This document shows positions 10,084 through 19,505 of a DNA stretch of 64,000 bases, piece by piece. The DNA lies in assembly GCA_963713955.1 (NCBI GenBank), contig OY970216.1:442252-506251 (forward strand), in the 5' to 3' direction. The notes under the pieces were generated by a model. It had not been told where the DNA came from. It did no database searches and saw only the letters and a list, made by a program, of their open reading frames with translations. Every line of letters starts with the position of its first letter. Positions within the stretch are counted from its first letter, which is position 1. The translations under genes were made by a program, and so were the position numbers. The stretch comes from an uncultured bacterium. Lineage in GTDB: Bacteria; Patescibacteriota; Minisyncoccia; UBA6257; GWB1-50-10.

Positions 10084-10290
10084 TTGACATCGTCCGGTGA
10101 TATGCTATCATTCTTCTCGGAACGTACCGTTCTTGAGATATTGAGGGAGTGATCATATGCGGCCGCTTTGGTTGCGACTTTGGTGTCTTAGGAGTGGCGC
10201 GAACCACGTCTAGACGTTTTACTAAGGCGGAGGTTGAATCGAGTTTCAAGAGCTTATCTCTAACTGATACTGCGAGTTGCTCTTTTTTTA
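10084..10290 (+). ncRNA. Candidate structured non-coding RNA with its own promoter
   Basis: TTGACA 10084-89 and TGcTATCAT 10103-11; closing stem GTTCTTGAGA 10129-38 / TTTCAAGAGC 10244-53; T run at 10283-89; no convincing ORF. Confidence 0.35.
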
Positions 10291-10382
10291 TTTATTACTC
10301 TCGTAGTAAAATCGGTGGACAGGTTGGTTTCTTGAAGCTTCTATTCGCCTCCGTTTTAGTTTTGTTGTAATATTAAATTGAT

Positions 10383-11402
10383 ATGCCGATAGGAAGAGGA
10401 TTATCGTCTCTCATTCCGCCGAGGGAAGGAGGGAATGATGTCTCGGCGGAACAGCTTCAGAAAACCGACCGTCCACCCGCTCCAGCGGCGGGTAGCGGTC
10501 TTGACTCTCACCGCGATGCCTCCAAAACGTTTGGAGACCAAGCGCATCGCGGTTCCGAGACATTTTCTTCAGCTGTTCTGCCGAGACAAATGAGTGGAGT
10601 TGGTGGTAAGAAGCCGCAATCACGCGAAGCGGTTTTTCAAATTGAAACAAATAAGATCGTTCCGAATCCGTTCCAGCCGAGACGCGAATTCGAAGACGGC
10701 ACGCTCGACGAGCTCGCCGAATCGATAAAACAATTCGGCATCATCCAACCGCTCATCGTTTCGAAAGTGACCGAGGAAACGGAAACCGGAACGGACGTCT
10801 CGTACCAGCTCATCGCCGGCGAACGGCGGCTCCGAGCTGCGCAGAAACTTGGTCTGGAGCGAGTGCCGGTCATCGTGAGAGAGATTGAATATCCGGGACA
10901 CAAGCTTGAACTGGCGCTCATCGAGAATATCCAAAGGCGCGATTTGAATCCCATCGAAGAAGCCAAGGCCTATTCCCGTTTGCAAGACGAATTCGGTTTG
11001 ACGCAAAAGGAAATAGGGGTGCGAGTCGGGAAAAGCAGGGAAGTGGTGGCTAACAGTCTCCGGCTCCTTAATTTGCCGCGGGACATCCAGAAAGCCCTTG
11101 CGGAGAGCAAGATAAGCGAGTCCCAGGCGAGAGCACTCCTTTCCATTCCGAACGCTGCCGACCAGGAACGGACCTTCAGAGATATTCTCGATCAGAAATT
11201 GAGCGTCAGGAGCATTCGGAGCGAGATAAAAAAGCAGGAACGCCCCGAAGATCCGGAAGTCATTTTTTTGAAAAAGAAGCTCGAGGAACATCTCGGCATG
11301 CCTGTCAGGATCGTGGGACAGGGCGGGAAGGGAAAGATCGTGATCGATTTCTTTTCCAAGGAAGATATTAAGAATTTTATCGACAAGCTCGGCGGAGAGT
11401 AA
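10383..11402 (+). CDS. parB: ParB/Spo0J partition protein
   Basis: NPFQPR, GIIQPL, LIAGERRLRA, ENIQRRDL and HTH motifs. Confidence 0.95.
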   Translation: MPIGRGLSSLIPPREGGNDVSAEQLQKTDRPPAPAAGSGLDSHRDASKTFGDQAHRGSETFSSAVLPRQMSGVGGKKPQSREAVFQIETNKIVPNPFQPRREFEDGTLDELAESIKQFGIIQPLIVSKVTEETETGTDVSYQLIAGERRLRAAQKLGLERVPVIVREIEYPGHKLELALIENIQRRDLNPIEEAKAYSRLQDEFGLTQKEIGVRVGKSREVVANSLRLLNLPRDIQKALAESKISESQARALLSIPNAADQERTFRDILDQKLSVRSIRSEIKKQERPEDPEVIFLKKKLEEHLGMPVRIVGQGGKGKIVIDFFSKEDIKNFIDKLGGE

Positions 11403-11424
11403 TAACTCTTTGTTATAATTTACT

Positions 11425-11856
11425 GTGATGGAAATCAAACAATTCATCGCGGGGAGAGCTCTTATCGTCCATGACGGGAAAGTTCTCATTATCCGCGAAT
11501 CAACTAAATATAAAGGTGGCTCGAATATCGGGAAGTACGATTTTCCGGGAGGGAAAATAAAGCCGGGAGAAAGCTATCAGCAAGCGCTCGAGCGGGAATC
11601 GCTTGAGGAGTGCGGGTTGAAGATAAAGATAGGTAAACCATTCTTCGTAGCTGAGTGGTGGCCGGAGGTAGCGGCCGGAGAAGTACAAATAATCGGCATC
11701 TTCTTCGAATGTACCGCCGAGAGCGATCAGGTAACCTTGAGCAACGACCACGATGACTATCAATGGATCAATCCCGTCGATTATCGCAATTACGATATGA
11801 TCGAAGCGGATAAAAAGGCACTCGGGGTTTATCTTAAGGAGCAAGCATTAAAATAG
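11425..11856 (+). CDS. NUDIX hydrolase (MutT-like)
   Basis: Nudix box PGGKIKPGES..ALERESLEECGL. Confidence 0.9.
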   Translation: MMEIKQFIAGRALIVHDGKVLIIRESTKYKGGSNIGKYDFPGGKIKPGESYQQALERESLEECGLKIKIGKPFFVAEWWPEVAAGEVQIIGIFFECTAESDQVTLSNDHDDYQWINPVDYRNYDMIEADKKALGVYLKEQALK

Positions 11857-11873
11857 CCATCGCTTTATCAAAT

Positions 11874-11989
11874 ATGAAATCAGTCATCATTTGCGGTAGT
11901 CGTCGTTTCAAGCCGGAACGGAAATAAGGGAATTTGCCAGTAGATTGAGAGAACTGGGAGTGGTTGTGTATGAGCCGTATCTTCACTGA
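11874..11989 (+). pseudogene. Frameshifted, truncated remnant of a small protein (MKSVIICGSRRFKPE/IREFASRLRELGVVVYEPYLH*)
   Basis: A 5-nt tandem duplication CGGAA-CGGAA breaks an otherwise continuous frame; early TGA. Confidence 0.5.
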
Positions 11990-12043
11990 AGCTTACCGAA
12001 CAGGCAGAACCTTCTGGGATTCCTAAACAAATAAATAAAACAA

Positions 12044-12120
12044 GGGCTCGGTAAGGCGAAAAAGTGGGTAAGACTTGGCCTAGCGGCCCGGAGCGCACAC
12101 TTTTTCGGCTTGCCGGGCCC
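12044..12120 (-). repeat. Palindromic intergenic repeat family A, copy 1
   Basis: Near-identical (reverse orientation) to 22680-22760 and 30584-30666; lies between convergent genes. Confidence 0.9.
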
Positions 12121-12129
12121 CGCAGTGTC

Positions 12130-13824
12130 TTACCTCAGGAACTTATAACTCACTTCCTTGGCACCAGGCACTCTCTTGATCTTCACGACAAGCGTTTCCA
12201 ATTTCCCCTGCGAGAGCGCCGGGCAGCGGAGAATCACCGTCGAGAAAGTCGAGCGGTGGTCCGTCTCGCTCGTGAGGTAAGTTATGTTTATTTTGGAGTT
12301 GGCGAAAACCTCGGTAATGTCTTTCAAGAATCCCGGCCGATCCAGATTGACGATTTTGAACTCCACTCCCTTCGGTGCAATCTTGCCGACGAGTTTCCGT
12401 TCATTCTCGTTGATCGCGCTTTTGACTTTTTTCTTGGCTTCACTCGTTTTCACGAATCGGAGCCACCCTTCCGAAGGTTTCTTTCCTTTTTGAGTGACTA
12501 TTTCCACGACGTCTCCCGATTTAAGTTCGTAATCCAAGGGCGTGATTTTGCCGTTCACGCGAGCGCCGACGCACGTGTCGCCGATTTGGGAATGAATGCG
12601 ATAAGCGAAGTCAACCGGCGTCGATCCGGCGGGAAGATCGATCACGTCGTTGTGGGGCGTGAAGACGAAAATCCGATCCTTAAAAAAGTCTACTTTCACC
12701 GAGTTCAGGAATTCTTTCTGATTCGGAAACGCTTTTTGCCAATTTTGGAGTTGTTTTACCCATGTCAATTCTTTTTTATTCTTGACGCCTCGCCACCCGG
12801 CGACCGATTTGGTCGATTTCTTTTCCTGCTCGTAAGCCCAGTGGGCGGCGATGCCGAGCTCGTTTTCCTCGTGCATTTCCTGAGTTTTGATTTGCACTTC
12901 CAGGATCTTGTTGTCCAGGCAGAAGACGGTGGTATGCAAGCTCCGGTAGCCGTTCGGCTTCGGCCGGGCGATGTAATCTTTGAAACGGCCAGTCATCGGC
13001 GGCCACAAACTGTGAATGACGCCGAGCGTCGCATAGCACTCTTCGACGGTTCCGACGATGATGCGGAGCGCCACGAGATCGTAAATTTCGCTCAAATTCA
13101 TGTTGTGACGCAGCAGTTTCTTGTACAAACTGTAGTATCGTTTGGCGCGAGCATCGATGTGGAGCGGATGGATGTTCTTTTCTTCCAACGTTTTCTCTAT
13201 GATCGGGACGACCTTCTTGACGTATTTCTGACGCTCTTCGAAGGTATCTTTCACCTCCTTGAGGAGCCATTGGTATTCTTCGGGGTGGATGTAAGGGAAA
13301 GCGAGATCCTCGAGTTCCCCGGAGAGTTTCTGCATGCCGAGGCGATAGGCGAGGGGGGCGTAGATTTCCGACGTTTCGAGGGCGAAGATTTTCTGGCGTT
13401 CCGGGAGCAGGAACTCAAGCGTCTGCATATTATGCAGGCGGTCGGCGAGCTTCACGATGAGAACGCGGAGATCTTCGCTGAAGGCAATGATGAAACGGCG
13501 CATATTCTCGGCGTCTTGATTCTGGGGATATTGGAGATTCTCGAGTTTCGTGAGCCCCTGGACCAGGAAGGCTATTTCCTCGCCGAAGTTTTTCTTGATC
13601 TCGTCGATCGTGACCGTGGTGTCTTCCACGACGTCGTGGAGGAGGGCGGCGGCAACGGATGCTTCGTCCAAATTCCATTCGCTTACGCTCCGCGCGACCG
13701 CGAGGGGATGAGTGATGTACGGTTCTCCGTTCATTCGCTTTTCTCCCTCGTGGGCTTTCTGTGCGAAGTCATAGGCTTTTTGGATCAAAGGAGAGTTTGT
13801 TTTTTCGACCCACTCTATTGACAT
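12130..13824 (-). CDS. relA: RelA/SpoT homologue (HD hydrolase, synthetase, TGS, ACT)
   Basis: GEPYITHP, LLHDVVEDT, KLADRLHNM, KPNGYRSLHT, TPVDFAY motifs. Confidence 0.95.
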   Translation of the reverse strand: MSIEWVEKTNSPLIQKAYDFAQKAHEGEKRMNGEPYITHPLAVARSVSEWNLDEASVAAALLHDVVEDTTVTIDEIKKNFGEEIAFLVQGLTKLENLQYPQNQDAENMRRFIIAFSEDLRVLIVKLADRLHNMQTLEFLLPERQKIFALETSEIYAPLAYRLGMQKLSGELEDLAFPYIHPEEYQWLLKEVKDTFEERQKYVKKVVPIIEKTLEEKNIHPLHIDARAKRYYSLYKKLLRHNMNLSEIYDLVALRIIVGTVEECYATLGVIHSLWPPMTGRFKDYIARPKPNGYRSLHTTVFCLDNKILEVQIKTQEMHEENELGIAAHWAYEQEKKSTKSVAGWRGVKNKKELTWVKQLQNWQKAFPNQKEFLNSVKVDFFKDRIFVFTPHNDVIDLPAGSTPVDFAYRIHSQIGDTCVGARVNGKITPLDYELKSGDVVEIVTQKGKKPSEGWLRFVKTSEAKKKVKSAINENERKLVGKIAPKGVEFKIVNLDRPGFLKDITEVFANSKINITYLTSETDHRSTFSTVILRCPALSQGKLETLVVKIKRVPGAKEVSYKFLR

Positions 13825-13855
13825 ATATTGCAAATTATAGCGTTTTTATGAAGAG

Positions 13856-13910
13856 TTGACAAATCCGCTTTCAAAAAATAAAATTAGCGACAAAAGGTCA
13901 ACATTGCTAA
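13856..13910 (+). promoter_or_regulatory. sigma70 promoter and degenerate CIRCE before groES
   Basis: TTGACA 13856-61, 17 nt, TAAAAT 13879-84; TTAGCGACA-N9-CATTGCTAA 13884-13910. Confidence 0.75.
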
Positions 13911-13922
13911 TATAAATAAAAA

Positions 13923-14213
13923 ATGAACTTCAAGCCATTGTCCAATCATTTGTTCATAGAGCCGCAGGAAGAAGAAGCGGTCACGAAATCGGGCATCGTT
14001 CTGCCGGACACTGCGGAAAAGGAACGTCCGATCCGCGGCAAGGTATTGGCCGTCGGTCCCGGGAAGCTGAACGACAAGGGAGAAAGAATTCCCATGTCGG
14101 TAAAGGTCGGGGATATCGTCCTTTTCAAAAAATACGGCCCCGATGAAATAGAGATAGAAAACAAGAAGTACTTGGTCGGAGACGAGGATGACATCCTCGC
14201 GGTTATAGAATAA
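13923..14213 (+). CDS. groS: Co-chaperonin GroES
   Basis: KPL...TKSGIVLPDTA.E.P..GKVLAVGPG. Confidence 0.97.
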   Translation: MNFKPLSNHLFIEPQEEEAVTKSGIVLPDTAEKERPIRGKVLAVGPGKLNDKGERIPMSVKVGDIVLFKKYGPDEIEIENKKYLVGDEDDILAVIE

Positions 14214-14221
14214 CTACGAAT

Positions 14222-15871
14222 ATGGCAAAACAAATATTATTCGACGAGAACGCACGTTCTTCGATGAAAAAAGGGATAGACAAACTGGCGAAGGCCGTCC
14301 GGATGACTTTAGGCCCGCGCGGCAGAGCGGCAGTCATAGAGAAAGGCTACGGCGCGCCGCAAGTCACGTTCGACGGCGTGACGGTCGCAAAGGAGATAGA
14401 ACTCCAGGATAAGTATGAGAATCTGGGTGCAGAGTTTTTGAAACAAGCCGCCGACAAGACCGATGAGCAGGTGGGAGACGGCACGACGACATCCGTCGTC
14501 TTGGCGCAGGCGATGATCGAGGAAGGCGAAAAAGCCATCAATGAAAAAGGATTTAACGTGATCCAGCTTGCCGAGGAATTGAAACGCGGGAGCGTTGCCG
14601 TCGTGAAGGCCCTGGAAAGTCAGAAAGAGGAAATAAACGACAACAAAAAGGTTGAGGAAGTGGCCACCCTTTCTTCCAAGGAGAAGGCGATCGGAAAGCT
14701 CATCGCCGAAGTCATGGCCAAGGTCGGGCGGGACGGCGTCGTGACGGTTGAAGACTCCAACACCATTGGCAATTCCTATGAAATTGTTGAAGGGATGCAG
14801 TTTGATCGTGGCTACATTTCCCCCTATATGATCACCAATCAGGAAAAAATGGAAGCGGTTTTGGAGGATCCCTATATTCTCGTGACGGACCGGAAGATTT
14901 CTTCGATCAACGATTTGCTGCCGCTTTTGGAAAAGATAATACAGAGCGGAAAGAAAGAACTCCTCATCATCGCGGACGACGTTGACGGAGAGGCGCTTGC
15001 GACCCTGGTGCTTAATAAGATCAGGGGCGTTTTCAGCGTCGTAGCGGTAAAATCCCCCGGCTTCGGCGACCGGAAAAAAGAAATGCTCCAAGACGTAACG
15101 ACGGTAACCGGCGCTGCGTTCATTTCGGAAGATTTGGGGAAGAAGATCGAAAATGTCGATTTGGGAGATTTGGGTCATGCGCGCCGGATCGTCGTTGACA
15201 AGGATAACACGACGATCGTCGGCGGGGCGGGCGACAAGTCGGCAATCGGCGAAAGGGTTAATCAAATCAAAGCGCAGATAAAGAAGACCGATTCCGATTT
15301 TGACAAAGAAAAGCTTCAAGAAAGGCTGGGGAAGCTTTCCGGTGGAGTAGCCGTAATAAAGGTAGGCGCCCCGACCGAATCGGCGCAGAAAGAACTGAAA
15401 CAGCGCGTTGACGACGCGGTGGCGGCAACACGCGCGGCAATGGAAGAAGGCATCGTCCCCGGCGGCGGCGTGGCGCTTTTCAACGTTGTGCCTTCAATAA
15501 CCCCGGAAAAAGTAGAAAGCGGCTCCGTCGGAGCGGCGGTTTACACAATATTGAGTCGTGCTCTCCAATCGCCAATCGCGGCTATCATTGAGAACAGCGG
15601 TGAGAGCGTCGCGAGTGTCACGGATAAACTGAAGGAAAATTGGCGGAAGGGAAACGCTTGGAATGGTTTCAACGCTTTCACGAATAAAGTTGAAGATCTA
15701 AAGTCCGCCGGCGTGATCGATCCCTTGAAAGTGACGAAAACCGCTTTTATGAATGCCGTGTCCGTCGCAGCCACCTATCTCACGATCGGCGCGGCTGTCA
15801 CGGACTTGCCCGAGAAGAAAGACAAAGGAACTCCCGGCATGGGCGATATGGGCATGGGCGGCGACTACTAA
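14222..15871 (+). CDS. groL: Chaperonin GroEL
   Basis: TLGPRGR, GDGTTT, EGMQFDRGYISPY, GGM tail. Confidence 0.99.
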   Translation: MAKQILFDENARSSMKKGIDKLAKAVRMTLGPRGRAAVIEKGYGAPQVTFDGVTVAKEIELQDKYENLGAEFLKQAADKTDEQVGDGTTTSVVLAQAMIEEGEKAINEKGFNVIQLAEELKRGSVAVVKALESQKEEINDNKKVEEVATLSSKEKAIGKLIAEVMAKVGRDGVVTVEDSNTIGNSYEIVEGMQFDRGYISPYMITNQEKMEAVLEDPYILVTDRKISSINDLLPLLEKIIQSGKKELLIIADDVDGEALATLVLNKIRGVFSVVAVKSPGFGDRKKEMLQDVTTVTGAAFISEDLGKKIENVDLGDLGHARRIVVDKDNTTIVGGAGDKSAIGERVNQIKAQIKKTDSDFDKEKLQERLGKLSGGVAVIKVGAPTESAQKELKQRVDDAVAATRAAMEEGIVPGGGVALFNVVPSITPEKVESGSVGAAVYTILSRALQSPIAAIIENSGESVASVTDKLKENWRKGNAWNGFNAFTNKVEDLKSAGVIDPLKVTKTAFMNAVSVAATYLTIGAAVTDLPEKKDKGTPGMGDMGMGGDY

Positions 15872-15897
15872 CTCTCTAGAAGCTTAATATCTAAGCA

Positions 15898-17571
15898 ATG
15901 GAAACTTGGCAAGAATACGAGCCAGATCTTACTCCCCATCATTGGACTTCTGAAGACAGGTTTTATCTAGAGCCCTTTGCCACGAACCCTGACGGCTTCA
16001 TTTCGGTCTTGAGGAACCTTCCTCCCGAGATCGCTGGTGCTCTCTGCTCAAGAGCCAGCCGCGCTTCGGGTTCTCTCCTCGAGGTATTTCTGAAGGAGTA
16101 CGTCTATCCCATCGTTAAGGGGGAGGATAAAGAACTTGCTGCTGAGCTCGAGAATACGGTGAAATTCCTGCGCGAACACGGCTTCAAGAAAATCTTAAAC
16201 AACCAACGCGCCCAGTCTTTTTACGCCAAATGGCTTTCGCAGTACGGCGATGATTCCATCGCCCAGATGACCGGAACCCACCTGATATTCTGGGGCATAT
16301 CCCAGGTGGCGATGAAATTTATAGAAGACCAGCGTATCGGCCTTGAACCAATCGAGAAATCCACGCGGTACGTCAATTTCGGGAGCAAAACCGACGGTCA
16401 TTATTTGTATTACGTTCCGAGGCCGGATTTGGAAAAAATCGGTCTCCTCGGCGAATACCAAAAAACTCTCGATAATCTCTTTGACACGTACGTCGAGCTT
16501 TTGCCGCCGCTCGTCGGATGGCTCAAAGAGAACTTCGACGAGAAGGATTCCATATTGGAGAAAAAGGCTTTCGATACGCTGCGGGGACTTTTGCCGATGG
16601 CGACCCTCGGCCAAGTCGCGTTCCGGGGGAACGCCCAGGCGTTCGAGTACCTCGTGAATCGGACCGCAAAGCACCACTTGGGCGAACTCCGGTGGATTTC
16701 GCGGGCGGTCAAGAAGGAGTTGGACGAGGAAATTCCATCGCTCCTCCTCAGGGTCAACGATGAGCCGGCGGCCGCCTATCAATCCTACTTGAGCGGAAGA
16801 CACGGTGCTGTGAGAAAATTCCTGAAGGAAAACGGTATCGACGTGCGAAAATCGCTCTCGGGGGAGCCTACCGTGAAGCTCGTTGAGTGGGACGACGCCG
16901 CCGAGTCGAAGATCATGTCGGGGATCGTTTTTGAGCATACGCACGGTGAGTGGAATAATATCCTGGAATCGGTGGAGAAGATGTCGGAAGAGAAAAGGAG
17001 AGAATTGATCGCGACTTACCTCAAAGACAGGAGTCAAAGATGGCATAAGGTAGGCCGGGCTTTCGAGAATTCGTACTTGAGGTTCGAGATAACCATGAAC
17101 ATCGGCGCGTACCGCGATTTGCATCGGCACCGGATGATGACGCAGGAACGGCAGCTCTTCTCGACCCATCATGGGTACGATGTTCCTCAAGAGATCATTG
17201 AATCTGACTTGAAGGACAGATTCACGTCGGCTCTCGATAAAGCGGGCGAGTTTTTCCTTAAGATTGAGTCTTTCGACGCCGGCCTCGCCCAATATGTCGT
17301 CCCTCTAGCTTACCGGATGAGATTTTTCCAATGGCAAAATTTCCGGCAGCTTTTTTGGGAGTCGGAACTTCGAACGATATCCCAGGGACACCCCGACTAC
17401 CGGCACATTGAGCAGGAGAAATACCGCTTGGTGAAAGAGAAATTCCCGCTTATATCAAGCTTCATGCTGGTTGACATGAACGAGTACGACGTCGCGAGGA
17501 GGGGAACAGAGGAAGAGATAAAAAAGAAAGAGGAGTTCTTGGTGGAAAAATTGAAGAAGAAAGTGCTATAG
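15898..17571 (+). CDS. thyX: FAD-dependent thymidylate synthase (tandem Thy1 domains)
   Basis: IEKSTRYV and YRDLHRHR motifs, ELRT..QGHPDYR; long duplicated-domain form. Confidence 0.88.
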   Translation: METWQEYEPDLTPHHWTSEDRFYLEPFATNPDGFISVLRNLPPEIAGALCSRASRASGSLLEVFLKEYVYPIVKGEDKELAAELENTVKFLREHGFKKILNNQRAQSFYAKWLSQYGDDSIAQMTGTHLIFWGISQVAMKFIEDQRIGLEPIEKSTRYVNFGSKTDGHYLYYVPRPDLEKIGLLGEYQKTLDNLFDTYVELLPPLVGWLKENFDEKDSILEKKAFDTLRGLLPMATLGQVAFRGNAQAFEYLVNRTAKHHLGELRWISRAVKKELDEEIPSLLLRVNDEPAAAYQSYLSGRHGAVRKFLKENGIDVRKSLSGEPTVKLVEWDDAAESKIMSGIVFEHTHGEWNNILESVEKMSEEKRRELIATYLKDRSQRWHKVGRAFENSYLRFEITMNIGAYRDLHRHRMMTQERQLFSTHHGYDVPQEIIESDLKDRFTSALDKAGEFFLKIESFDAGLAQYVVPLAYRMRFFQWQNFRQLFWESELRTISQGHPDYRHIEQEKYRLVKEKFPLISSFMLVDMNEYDVARRGTEEEIKKKEEFLVEKLKKKVL

Positions 17572-17588
17572 TATATCAATAAGAGGGT

Positions 17589-18035
17589 ATGAAAGTGCGC
17601 GATGTTATGATAGCGCCAGTCATAACGGTATCGCCGTGGACGACATATGAAGATACCGCGCTTTTGCTTTGTGCCCGCAACATCAGCGGCGTGCCGGTCG
17701 TGAACGACGAGGGCGAACTCGTAGGTATCGTATCGGAGAAAGATCTTTTCCGTGCCATGTATCCTCGCTACGAGGAATACATTTTGGAGCCGCATGCATT
17801 CTGCGATCGGGAACTTCAGGAGGAAGAAATCAAGACTGTCCGAAAGCAGCCGGTCGAAAAATATATGTCGAAGCAAGTGGTGACGATCGACGCCGATGCC
17901 CCCATCCTCCGGGCCGGCGGCCTTATGCTCGCGCGAGGCCTTCACCGGCTGCCCGTCATTGACAAAGGGAAACTTGTCGGCATCGTCACGCGGGAAGACA
18001 TTTACGGTACCATTCTCAAAAAACACTTGGGTTGA
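17589..18035 (+). CDS. CBS-domain pair protein
   Basis: Two CBS repeats (ISGVPVV..LVGIVSEKD; HRLPVID.GKLVGIVTREDI). Confidence 0.92.
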   Translation: MKVRDVMIAPVITVSPWTTYEDTALLLCARNISGVPVVNDEGELVGIVSEKDLFRAMYPRYEEYILEPHAFCDRELQEEEIKTVRKQPVEKYMSKQVVTIDADAPILRAGGLMLARGLHRLPVIDKGKLVGIVTREDIYGTILKKHLG

Positions 18036-18157
18036 CACGGAATGTATCAGTGAGGTAAATTAAACTCTGGTCCTTAAGAACCTTTTTGCAGACATTGTGA
18101 TGGATAGGTTTCTTTAGACAGTCACTCGACAAGTTTTCTCGTCGTTTTTTCATTCTC

Positions 18158-18940
18158 TCACACTGCTATCTTCTCTGCAAACACCGAAGGCGGCATCCTG
18201 AGAGCGGAGTGGATTCTTGTATGGTTGTACTCCCAAAGCGTTCGGTAGATCTCCGCCACAAGTTCCCCTAAGGATCTGAACCGATTAGGATCGCCAAGAT
18301 CCATTTTGAATTTTCCGTAGAAAGATTCTTGGTATCCGTTCTCCCACGGCGATCCGGGGCGTGAGCGGGAGATGGTGATGCCGTAGCGCTCAAGCATAGC
18401 GATGAACGCCTTCGCTTCGTATTCCCTCCCGTTGTCAGAATGGAAGATCACGGGTCGCGGGCAATGGAAGAGCGCGTTCGCCAGAGTTTGGATGGTGAGC
18501 GTCGATCCCTTCCGGGTCGCCACATGAACGCCCATCAGTTGCCTCGTAAACAGGTTAAGGATCGTTGATACGTACAGCTTCTTCCCGTGAAAGACAAGCT
18601 CCGTGAAATCCGTCGCCCAGACATGGTTCGCATATGATGGCATAATGCCGAGGAGGAGGTTCGGGAAGTGCCGTTCCGCCTTGGATTTCCTGTATTTTCT
18701 CCCATGCCTGCGGTAGGGCTTGATGCCGTAAATCCGCATGACCCGTTGCGCTCTCGGTCTGCCGATGCCGAGCGCAATCGCCAGTCGGCGTGAGCCGTAT
18801 GAGGGATGCTCGTGAAGCACCTCCTCCGTCCGGACCTTTAATGCCCAATCCTTCTTGTCCTGCGTTGCGACGTAATAGAGCGATGAGCGCGAGACACCCA
18901 TGGCGCGAGCCAGGGCGGATACGTTCCTTTCCCTGCTCAA
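18158..18940 (-). CDS. IS3 transposase OrfB (rve/DDE)
   Basis: WATDFT, FHSDNGREY, SPWENGYQESF, YNHTRIHSAL motifs. Confidence 0.93.
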   Translation of the reverse strand: MSRERNVSALARAMGVSRSSLYYVATQDKKDWALKVRTEEVLHEHPSYGSRRLAIALGIGRPRAQRVMRIYGIKPYRRHGRKYRKSKAERHFPNLLLGIMPSYANHVWATDFTELVFHGKKLYVSTILNLFTRQLMGVHVATRKGSTLTIQTLANALFHCPRPVIFHSDNGREYEAKAFIAMLERYGITISRSRPGSPWENGYQESFYGKFKMDLGDPNRFRSLGELVAEIYRTLWEYNHTRIHSALRMPPSVFAEKIAV

Positions 18941-19200
18941 TTCTTTTTTTGGGTCTGGGACAGCTTGATCGTGAGTTCACCGATCACTTCGAAGAGTTCC
19001 TGATTCTGTTTCTTTAGGCGATTGATTTCTCCCCAGGAGGGAGCGCTCGTGGCACCGGCGCCGAGCCATCCATACACGGTTGTCTCGTGGACGCCTGCAT
19101 CTTTTGCCGCTTCTGCGACGGAGACGCCTTCTTCCTTCACGCGGCGGACAATCTCCGCTTTTACCTCTTTCGCTACCCGATATCCTTTTTTGTTAGCCAT
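18937..19200 (-). CDS. IS3 transposase OrfA (HTH)
   Basis: HTH plus leucine zipper; ends in an AAAAAAAG -1 frameshift motif. Confidence 0.9.
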   Translation of the reverse strand: MANKKGYRVAKEVKAEIVRRVKEEGVSVAEAAKDAGVHETTVYGWLGAGATSAPSWGEINRLKKQNQELFEVIGELTIKLSQTQKKN

Positions 19201-19505
19201 GACACAATGGTAATTTGTTCCGACCTTTGTGTCTAAATTTTCCTATCCGGAACATACTAAGAGTAGAGGTCGCAGGTTCAAGCCCTGCTGTCTGCACGAC
19301 TCACGGGTAAAGGCAAGCCCTATCTCCTGAGGATTAAAATATACTCGCATCCCCATCCGGGATAAAAGGCGAGGTGCCCGGAGGATAGAGCTTAATATCC
19401 CGTGTGGCATGGTATCTTCCATGCCTTTTCCCATGCGTACGAAGGTGGCCTGTTCCTAATATAAGCCACCTTCTCTTCCTATTTGCTTTGTTGTATAATC
19501 GACAC

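Larger units (their letters stand above)
18096..19254 (-). mobile_element. IS3-family insertion sequence 1
   Basis: TG..CA ends, 25-nt imperfect IRs (TGTGATGGATAGG..TTTAGACA / TGTTCCGGATAGG..TTTAGACA), orfA+orfB with an A7G slippery site. Confidence 0.92.
18088..19296 (+). pseudogene. tRNA-like gene disrupted by an IS3 element
   Basis: GCAGACA (18088-94) left of the IS pairs with TGTCTGC-A (19289-96) right of it; AGGTC-GCAGG-TTCAAGC-CCTGC variable loop and T arm intact; D arm missing; TTGACA promoter at 18032. Confidence 0.55.

Noticed and set aside
9904-10382. Canonical parS or oriC between parA and parB
   Set aside because: No TGTTTCACGTGAAACA-like site or DnaA-box cluster seen
12064-13821. 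585-aa plus-strand ORF
   Set aside because: Exact antisense of rel and begins inside a family A repeat
18088-19296. tmRNA or amber-suppressor tRNA
   Set aside because: The acceptor stem lacks the G3:U70 alanine determinant, and the anticodon arm is incomplete so CTA cannot be assigned as an anticodon
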